Shown: positions 55,366-64,000 of the stretch, piece by piece
How positions within the stretch are numbered: the stretch's first letter is position 1
Layout: each line of letters opens with the position of its first letter
Assembly: GCF_035084215.1 (NCBI RefSeq)
Contig: NC_090354.1
Span: 12,338,001 to 12,402,000 of the forward strand
Direction: 5' to 3'
DNA length: 64,000 nucleotides
Source of the DNA: Heptranchias perlo
Taxonomy: Eukaryota
Translations under genes and position numbers: made by a program
The notes under the pieces: model-generated
The model's database searches: none
What the model saw: only the letters and a program-made list of their open reading frames with translations
What the model was told of the DNA's origin: nothing

Positions 55366-57184
55366 GTAAGATAGCAATAGTGAACAACAGAGCCGATTGT
55401 AATCTGGGATCACTGTAGCTTAATGTTCAGAACCAATTGCACTGCTCTGGCTCACTTGGAATAATGACTTTAGACATCTCTCTGCTAGAGACTGCACTAG
55501 AGGAAGTTATATCATCACTTGTTCATGAATAGCTGCCAGTCTGTATAAATATGCTGTACCATTGATCTCTGAGGACTTGGTTAGTTGCTTCCATGTTGAA
55601 AAGCTCTTGTTCTCCTCTGCCAACGCATTTCTGTTGAACAGAGTTGAAAGTTTTCAAGTGTCCAGGTGAGGAACCTAAATCTAAATACAGCAGGATGTTC
55701 CCAAAAAGACAATTGCACTCTAGTTTTATCCCATAGGGATCATCTGCTAAAGCGCACATGTTCTTGGAGAGTGAGTAGACAAAGAGTGGGAGGAAATATT
55801 GGGAGATGAGGCATCTCTTCAGAGGCAATTGCAACATGGCATATCTGGATGCCTGGGAGTGCATTGCTGCGTCACAGAAGTACAGCACTAGAACTAAGCA
55901 GGGCTCTCAAAGACTAGACGGTCAAAGAAGTTCTAATATAAGTGTTCAAAATTGGAGGGGTAAATAGTAAAAGATTATTTCCACTTGTTGGTGAATTAGT
56001 AACAAGGGGTCATAAACTAAACTAATATTATAAGTATAAAGGAACAGGTTAGGATTTGTTTTCACAAAAACGATTGGTAGAATATGGAATTCTTTACCAT
56101 AGGTAACTATTGAAGCCAAGTCAATCACAGCATTAAAGAAGAATTAGATAAACATGGAGAAGATAAAGTCTGCTCCTGATAATTTGAACTTTTTTTTTGG
56201 GGGGGGTGGTGGTGGTGAAACTTAAAAAATTGGATTGTCCAATAATTTGAATTAAGCAACATAAATAACAGCAAATTGGTAATTAACACTTAAAAATGAA
56301 TCATCAGATAATTTGCACTAAGCTACTTTGAATGAAGAGGAGTGGACCGAAAGTGGAGTAGAGAAATGGGATTAGAGTGGATAGACCTGGTGGGTGAACC
56401 AGCACCAGCACAAATGGCCTCCTTCTACACCAAAATTTCGGAAAAATCTAATATATGCTGATATTCTCAATTTCCTCACGTGGAAAGTTTCTAACACTGG
56501 CTGTGCCATCATGGGAAGACATCAAGCAAAAACATAGCACTTGTGTTGGTATTAGGATCCCAGTGACCAGAGTTAAAGGATTATTGGCTATAAACACTGA
56601 ATTGTTGCCTACACTGTCTTTTGTTGGGCCTGGGATACCCATAACCATTAGAATGCCAAGGACTGAAGTTTAAACAGTGGTAAGAGAGAGTCTCGACTGC
56701 CAAATGATTACCTCTTAGCAGCAGAACAGCACTGGCAGAGGCCTGTGAGCAGGTTGTTTTGCCACCCTGTGGCTGGAGACATGAGAGAAAATAAAATGCA
56801 GCAATAGGGAGGGAAAAGGCACTGTAGAGCACGGGGGTTGTCTAGAGGGAAGGTAATGTGTGGAAGATTGAGAACAGGTTTTGTGGTGAAATAGTTTAGA
56901 GAGAAGGAATTGTCCAGAAGGAGCATCACTCAAAAGGCTTGCTGATGTTCCAGTTTGTACAAAATGAATAATCATCTTATATAGTGGGACTGCCCTTGTG
57001 GATAATACTCCTGACAGATACCCCATTAACAACAGTCCTGCCAGTAGTCACCATTTAATATCGGACAGTAAGTCTTATAGTCTACAGTCTACATCTTGAT
57101 GCTAATATATGTTTACAAAAATGTTACATATTTGTTTCCCATGTCAATCACATTCACTTTTGGGCTTTCTTGAAATCCCTGCAG

Positions 57185-57329
57185 GTTTCTTCCTGTATGC
57201 CTCAGAAACGGTGGATTTTTAATGGAAATGTACTGGAAGATCCCAAAAGAATAAGATTTGACATAAAACCAAACATTCGGTATCCGGTTAGAGGGGGATG
57301 CGCACTGATCACATTCGACGATGAAGCAG
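57185..57329 (+). CDS. IFI35: IFI35 coding exon 5
   Basis: ctgcag| VSSCMPQKRWIFNG...IRYPVRGGCALITFDDEA |gtaaaa matches IFI35/NMI (human IHCPLLAGSALITFDD); 145 nt. Confidence 0.88.
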
Positions 57330-57602
57330 GTAAAATGCAATCTGGTATCAGTGAGGAAGTGGAAAAGGGATTAGTTGGTACTGAATATCTACCTGTGCTA
57401 CCTGTATTAGGATCCCAGTGACCAAAATTGAAGGATTGTTGGCTATAACTACTGAATGGTTCCTTGCACTGTTTTTGATTAGGCCGGAGATACCTGTATC
57501 CATCAAAATGTAAGGATTCATAAGTACAGTGTTTGAGTTAGCAATAGGTTCCTTGATTCAGTTATATTTTGCGTTATTATTAGACACCATAGAAAGGATT
57601 GA

Positions 57603-58142
57603 GGGGTAAAAACCGGTTATGTCCCATTTTCAGGCACATAACCAATGGCGTACAGACAGATCGCGCCAACCGGGATGGCCGAGGCACGTCCGAAATTGGG
57701 CCTCGGGCATCGTGGTAATGATTTGGGCGAGCTGCCAGCGCTTGTCGTGCTTCTAGAGTCAGCTCCCCCATTGTAAGGATTTCAATTTCAGGCCTTCTGC
57801 CTTGGCAGCAAGAGTCCCAAGGTACGTCCTGGGCGGGTGGGGGGTGCGGTGAAAGGATAACAGAAGAGGATCTGATTGCGGGCCTGCACTGGTCCTCAGG
57901 TGTGCTGTGGAGCTGGAAGTAGCGAAGGAGCAAACGCTTTTGGTGGCGGCCGCTGCCTAGGGCACAGTGACCACTGAAGAATCCTGAGCAGAGCAGCCCA
58001 GGAGCCTACTCTGCTCATCGCTGACCGATTTAGTGCAGGAGTCCTGAAACAGGTGTTAGGCCCCTATCGCCTAACGGGCACAGGGCGTTGCTTTTCCAAA
58101 ACTGGCCCTAGATGCGCCCATTTTACCCCCGTCCAATTTCTA
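57603..58142. mobile_element. GC-rich Harbinger-type non-autonomous element
   Basis: Termini ggggtaaaaaccgg ... ccaatttctatc resemble those of 15371-16970; CpG-rich interior with no coherent ORF. Confidence 0.5.
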
Positions 58143-58517
58143 TCACTAAAGATCTCCAAATTCGACAGCCTGTTAATACATTGAATACTGCATTCCCCTT
58201 TATTTTTACATTCCGCCAGTAGGTACCACTAAGAAATGTAGTAAATATTATATCATGCATTTACAAATCATATGCAAAATGTCTAGTAGATGTGTCACAG
58301 AGCAATAATTGTAGTGTGAATGCATCCAAAGTTAACACATTTCATACTTTGTTGGTCCTGAGTTTTATGAACCAATATGGCTGTATGAATACAAAGTCTT
58401 GATGTTTTACATTGTATTATCTGGAATTACCTGTAAATATTTTTGGAAACATAAAACTGGTTAGCAACTTATATCATAAGAATTTTTTCATTTGATTGAT
58501 TTTTTTTTTAATTGCAG

Positions 58518-58624
58518 TTGCTAATAAGATACTGGAGATGCAAGAGCATGAGGTTAATCTAGGAGAGTGTCGAATTAAGATAAAAGCTCACCCCTTGAAG
58601 CTGCCGATGTTACAAGAAATTGAA
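58518..58624 (+). CDS. IFI35: IFI35 coding exon 6 (NID domain)
   Basis: ttgcag| (V)ANKILEMQEHEVNLGECRIKIKAHPLKLPMLQEIE |gtaagt; compare human VAEQVLQQKEHTINMEECRLRVQVQPLELPM. Confidence 0.9.
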
Positions 58625-59064
58625 GTAAGTCTTAGTCTTGAATGGGACCTGTACAGTTAATCAATCACATTGTTGATTAGCCACTCGTGACACTGTGGCT
58701 GACTCACAGCAATGGGGCCTTTTACTTCCGAAGAGAAAACTAGAAACAAACTAGCCTCAGTTGCTGTAAATGTGCCTTCTGTTTTCTGGTTAAAAAATTG
58801 GCAATGATATTTTATGTCTGGGCATATGTAACGATTCAATATATATTATGTCACTGTGTGTGTACCAAAATGGCCTTAAAGAAAGTCACGAATGACATGC
58901 TCTGTGACTGTGACCATGGTGCATTATTGCTCTTCAACCTCTCTGTACCTTTGACATGATCAACCACAATATCCTTGATGTGGAGATGCCGGTGATGGAC
59001 TGGGGTGGACAAATGTAAGGAATCTTACAACACCAGGTTATAGTCCAACAAATTTATTTTAAAA

Positions 59065-59101
59065 TCACAAGCTTTCGGAGATTATCCCCTTCGTCAGATG
59101 A
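59065..59101 (-). ncRNA. Minimal type I hammerhead ribozyme motif in the Penelope pLTR (element-sense copy)
   Basis: Minus strand: ucau CUGACGA a GGGGA-uaa-UCUCC GAAA GC UU guga; conserved core, 5-bp stem II, palindromic AGCU stem III and ucau/guga stem I. Confidence 0.7.
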
Positions 59102-60647
59102 ATGAGTGAAAAGGTTCTCAAATCGCATATCTTATATTAGGCTGGGACAGCATCACACCAATCAAAAGGTGTCATTGTTATTCAAACAGGCCAGTCACGG
59201 AGAACAGCACGCCCCAGTACACTGGATATACATTGTGTCAATTACACAGACAGGCAGAAAGAAACCCAAAATGGCAGAGAGAGAGAGAGAGAATATTAAA
59301 AAACATAATTTTTTTCCCCCTTTTTGCTGGTGGGATTACGTGTAGCGTGACATGAACCCAAGATCCCGGTTGAGGCCGTCCTCATGGGTGCGGAACTTGG
59401 CTATCAACTTCTGCTCGACGATTTTGCGTTGTCGTGTGTCTCGAAGGCCGCCTTGGAGAACGCTTACCCGAAGATCGGTGGCTGAATGTCCTTGACTGCT
59501 AAAGTGTTCCCCGACTGGGAGGGAACCCTCCTGTCTGGCGATTGTTGCGCGGTGTCCGTTCATCCGTTGTCGCAGTGTCTGCATGGTCTCGCCAATGTAC
59601 CATGCTCTGGGGCATCCTTTCCTGCAACGTATGAGGTGGACAACGTTGGCCGAGTCACAGGAGTATGAACCATGTACCTGGTGGGTGGTGTCCTCTCGTG
59701 TGATGGTGGTATCTGTGTCGATGATCTGGCATGTCTTGCAGAGGTTGCCGTGGCAGGGTTGTGTGGTGTCGTGGACGCTGTTCTCCTGAAAACTGGGTAA
59801 CTTGCTGCGAACGATGGTCTGTTTGAGGTTGGGTGGCTGTTTAAAGGCGAGTAGTGGAGGCGTGGGGATGGCCTTAGCGAGGTGTTCGTCGTCATCGATG
59901 ACATGTTGAAGGCTGCGGAGAACATGGTGTAGTTTCTCCGCTCCAGGGAAGTACTGGACGACGAAGGGTACTCTGTTGGTTGCGTCCCATGTTTGTCTTC
60001 TGAGGAGGTCTATGCGATTCTTCGCTGTGGCCCGTCGGAACTGTCGATCGACAAGTCGAGCGTCATATCCCGTTCTTACGAGGGCGTCTTTCAGCGTCTG
60101 TAGGTGTCCATTGCGTTCCTCCTCGTCTGAGCAGATCTTGTGTATTCGTAGGGCCTGTCCATAGGGGATGGCCTCTTTGACGTGGTTGAGGTGGAAGCTG
60201 GAAAAGTGGAGCATCGTGAGGTTGTCCGTGGGCTTGCGGTAGAGTGAGGTGCTGAGGTGCCCGTCTTTGATGGAGATTTGTGTGTCCAAGAAAGAAACCG
60301 ATTCTGAGGAGTAGTCCATGGTGAGTTTGATGGTGGGATGGAACTTGTTGATGTTATCGTGCAGTCTCTTCAGTGATTCTTCACCGTGGGTCCATAGAAA
60401 GAAAATGTCGTCGATGTATCTGGTGTATAGCGTTGGGAAAAAAATTATGTTTTTTAATATTCTCTCTCTCTCTGCCATTTTGGGTTTCTTTCTGCCTGTC
60501 TGTGTAATTGACACAATGTATATCCAGTGTACTGGGACGTGCTGTTCTCCGTGACTGGCCTGTTTGAATAACAACGACACCTTTTGATTGGTGTGATGCT
60601 GTCCCAGCCTAGTATAAGATATGCGATTTGAGAACCTTTTCACTCAT

Positions 60648-60684
60648 TCATCTGACGAAGGGGATAATCTCCGAAAGCTTGTGA
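60648..60684 (+). ncRNA. Minimal type I hammerhead ribozyme motif in the inverted pLTR (sense to IFI35)
   Basis: tcat CTGACGA a GGGGA taa TCTCC GAAA GC TT gtga, identical to the minus-strand copy. Confidence 0.7.
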
Positions 60685-60713
60685 TTTTAAAATAAATTTG
60701 TTGGACAATATCC

Positions 60714-61012
60714 ATGTCCTTTTTTCTGTTGTCCAGATTGATGGAACTGCCCTCTCTGGTTCCACGCTTGACCTATCCAATCGTAGCCAGAGCATCTTCA
60801 GGTTATCTTCCCACCCCCACACTGCCACTTCCGAAGTGCCCCAAGGATCTATCTTCGATCCCCTCCTCTTCCTCATTTTACCTCTTGGTGCCATCATCTG
60901 CAGGCATGAGGTCATCGGCTTTCGCATATACGCTGATGACACCCAGCTCTACTTCTTCATCACTTCTCTCGACCCCTCCGCTGCCTCTGCTTGTCCGACT
61001 GCTTGTCCGAGC
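60714..61012 (+). mobile_element. L2-clade LINE remnant (continues from ~58895-58974)
   Basis: [17 protein letters not shown]...[11 protein letters not shown] motifs. Confidence 0.75.
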
Positions 61013-61243
61013 ATTTTTTGGTTCAGCAGTTACAATGATGATGCCGTCATAACAACTGTCACGTTTTAGTGGTTTCAGAATGCAGCTGTCAGATGCTGTG
61101 TTACAGGTTTTGCCGAATGGACTTTAAGTTGAGAGCTTTTGTAAGTTTCGCATGATCGGTTATGCATTCTGGCCTGTGCTAAATATGTAGTCAGCCTCCG
61201 TGGAATAAGATGATTGACATGTACAAATAACCTTTTCCTGCAG

Positions 61244-61430
61244 ATCCAGACACGAGTGTGTAAACATAGAATCCTGGTTTCGGAAATCCCAAAGTTTCTC
61301 CCAGCCGACCAGCTACTTGACAAGTTGGAGCTGCACTTCAGTAGACCAAGGAATTCTGGAGGAGAAGTGGAAAATATTGAGCTGTTGGAAGATTCCGGCA
61401 ATGTTGTAATTAAATTTAGTGATGAAGGAA
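61244..61430 (+). CDS. IFI35: IFI35 coding exon 7 (NID domain); gene continues beyond the window
   Basis: ctgcag| IQTRVCKHRILVSEIPKFLPADQLLDKLELHFSRPRNSGGEVENIELLEDSGNVVIKFSDEG |gtaaga matches the IFI35/NMI LLDKLE.FF.K.RNGGG.V motif; synteny after RPL27 favours IFI35. Confidence 0.9.
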
Positions 61431-61502
61431 GTAAGATATCAATTGGGAAAAAACCTCCGAAAATGTGTGAAATGTACCTTTCCTAATAACTCCTTGTTTG
61501 GA

Positions 61503-62070
61503 TCATAGAAATACATAGAAGTTACAACACAGAAATAGACCATTTGGCCCAACCAGTCCATGTCAGCATTTACCCTCCACATGAGCAAATAGTCCTAATC
61601 ACATTTACCCATCCCGTTCCCTATTCCTTCATCCACCTGTCTAATCTAATCTTCAATGTTGACATAGTTTCTGCCTCAGCCACTAACTGAAAATGAATTC
61701 CACAGCCTCATAACTCACTGTGTAAAGACATTTCTCCTGCCCTCTGTCCTAAATCGCTTACATTTAATCTTGTATCTATGGCTGCTTGTTCTTGACCCTT
61801 CAACTACTGGAAACAGTCTGCTTCTTTCTATCTTGTCCCATCCTATCATAGTTTTAAACACAGATCATAGTAGCCGGTAATGTGTTTTCCAGTGAAAAAA
61901 GCCCCAATTATTCAAGTTTACCTTTGTATTTTTTCCATACTAGACAGCATGCTAGTGAATCTGTGTTGTACACTCTCTAAAGCCTCAATATCCTTCCAGT
62001 CGTGCGGAGCCAATAGTGCATACAATACTCTAACTGAGATCTTATTAAGATTTCATATAGGCTCATTGTT
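61503..62070 (-). mobile_element. Old CR1 3' fragment
   Basis: catagaaatacatagaag tail and degenerate ORF2 C-terminal sequence. Confidence 0.65.
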
Positions 62071-62821
62071 ACGTCTTGGCGTATATATTACATACCTTCC
62101 TGCATCCATTTATTTAATTACGCCTTTGTAAAGCCCCATAGGCTGTTTTTCTACGTTAAAGGTGCTATATAAATGAAAGTTATTGCTGTTGAGTATATGA
62201 AGCTTCCCCAATAGCTTAGTTGATTAAGACAGTGAATAGTTGAGCATACGGACCAGGAAGGTCTCAGCTTTGATCTTGGGTCTGTGTTAAGTTCACTGAT
62301 CTCAGCTTGGAGTGGTGGGCTACAATTGGCCTCAGTGCCCCGGGCTAAGAATGAGAAAGTCGACCAGGGTTCCTACTTTGAGCACTATCCAGTGATTCTT
62401 GCTGGGCCTGTGTGTAGACCAGGAATGACTAGACTTTTTGCCTTTGTGATCAACTTGGGTGTTTTGCGGGGAATGCCTCTGAAGTTAACGTCAACAGAGT
62501 GTAAAAAGGAGCGCGGGATGTGAATCAGGCAACTGACCCGAAACCATCCCATACCTGCCGGGCAGGTTAGATTAAAAACATCCCCATAGAATTTTAAATT
62601 GGAAATAGAACTGAGTTTCTTTGACCTTAGGGACTGGATTGCTAGGGCTTGCAGACCCATGGACCACTGCTTGGACCCCCTACTCCCTACCCCTGCTGGT
62701 GTAAATTTTATTGAGGACAGGATTGGGTTTGGCTGTGACGTGTCCTGTGATTGAATATCACCCTGAGAATCACTGCCTGGACTCACACATGAAGAATAGT
62801 CCCTCGGGTTAAAACCAGTGG

Positions 62822-63533
62822 ATGTCCAAAGGGGTTCAGGTACATAGATCGTTGAAGTGTCATGAACAGGTGCAGAAAATAATCAATAAGGCTAATGGAA
62901 TGCTGGCCTTTATATCTAGAGGACTAGAGTACAAGGGGGCAGAAGTTATGCTGCAGCTATACAAAACCCTGGTTAGACCGCACCTGGAGTACTGTGAGCA
63001 GTTCTGGGCACCGCACCTTCGGAAGGACATATTGGCCTTAGAGGGAGTGCAGCGTAGGTTTACTAGAATGATACCCGGACTTCAAGGGTTAAGTTACGAG
63101 GAGAGATTACACAAATTGGGGTTGTATTCTCTGGAGTTTCGAAGGTTAAGGGGTGATCTGATCGAAGTTTATAAGATATTAAGGGGAACGGATAGGGTGG
63201 ATAGAGAGAAACTATTTCCGCTGGTTGGGGATTCTAGGAGTAGGGGGCACAGTCTAAAAATTAGAGCCAGACCTTTCAGGAGCGAGATTAGAAAACATTT
63301 CTACACACAAAGGGTGGTAGAAGTTTGGAACTCTCCTCTGCAAATGGCAATTGATACTAGCTCAATTGCTAAATTTAAATCTGAGATAGATAGCTTTTTG
63401 GCAATCAAAGGTATTAAGGGATATGGGCCAAATGCGGGTATATGGAGTTAGATCACATATCAGCCATGATCTTATCAAATAGCGGAGCAGGCACGAGGGG
63501 CTGAATGGCCTACTCCTGTTCCTATGTTCCTAT
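62822..63533 (+). mobile_element. Young CR1 3' fragment
   Basis: 209-aa open frame KANGMLAFISRG...RPHLEYCEQFWAP...KGYG, then a 3' UTR ending cctatgttcctatg. Confidence 0.92.
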
Positions 63534-64000
63534 GGGTGAGATTTTTCACATATGACTTTAACTCTATGAAGCACGTATGATTTTAAAAACTGGTAGCAGA
63601 TTTAAATGATTTTTAAAAATTCAATTTGTGAGTAATCGCAGCATTGACTAGGGATCAAACCTGCAACCTTCCAGGTCTGTGCAGCTCAGCTATTCACTGC
63701 CTTAACCAGCTGAGGGATCAGGGGCTTCAAAGTACGGGCCCAATTGTAGCCCCCCTGGTGAATTCAAAAGCCGTTTGGGCTCAAAACACAGATTTTGAGT
63801 CCAATGGCCAAGGCCCACAAAATTCAAACAGAACAAACCAGTGAAAATATTATTGCTTCTCTGGGCCCCACTAAGTGAGTTCCTGGTCTCAGTCGGACCA
63901 CTGGGATATCGAACACTGGATGTCCTGGCCACAGGAAGAGAGCCCCTTCCACCTTTCATTGTCACACACCTTGTAGTGCCTGATTACTGAGCAAGACTTA

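Larger units (their letters stand above)
58976..60704 (-). mobile_element. Penelope-like retroelement (RT C-half plus GIY-YIG endonuclease), 5'-truncated, with inverted pseudo-LTRs
   Basis: Open frame 60434-59336 contains RYIDDIF, SFLD, YRKPT, C..C..C and NVVHLIRC...YIGET...RMNGH...HF...H...GLN. Inverted arms lie at 59043-59318 and 60435-60706, with TSD acaatatcc (58966-58974, 60705-60713). It interrupts an old L2 remnant. Confidence 0.93.

Noticed and set aside
60435-60643. N-terminal part of the 435-aa ORF (and its mirror ORF 59106-59345) as real protein
   Set aside because: It is chance read-through of the inverted non-coding pLTR arm; Penelope homology starts only near 60434.

Overview
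Eukaryotic, intron-rich vertebrate DNA. The repeat content (CR1/L2 LINEs, Deu-domain SINEs, Penelope elements, Harbinger-type MITEs) suggests a cartilaginous fish, most likely a shark (inference). The window holds the conserved RUNDC1-RPL27-IFI35 block on the + strand. RUNDC1 is complete (5 coding exons, 9323-21464, about 566 aa) and RPL27 is complete (non-coding TOP exon plus 4 coding exons, 136 aa). IFI35 is present through its first 7 coding exons, continues past the window end, and has an ISRE/IRF-site cluster at its 5' end. Head-to-head with RUNDC1, where human has PTGES3L, lies the first coding exon of a CERS5/CERS6-like ceramide synthase (- strand, 4275-4465), a candidate extra 2R ohnolog. 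The most striking non-genic system is a Penelope retroelement family. One young 5'-truncated copy has inverted pseudo-LTRs that each carry a minimal hammerhead ribozyme motif. Two ~155-bp fold-back insertions flanked by target-site duplications (TSDs) have their symmetry axis on the predicted ribozyme cleavage site. Exon boundaries were read by eye from GT/AG sites and frame continuity, homologies are from memory rather than database searches, and repeat boundaries are approximate.
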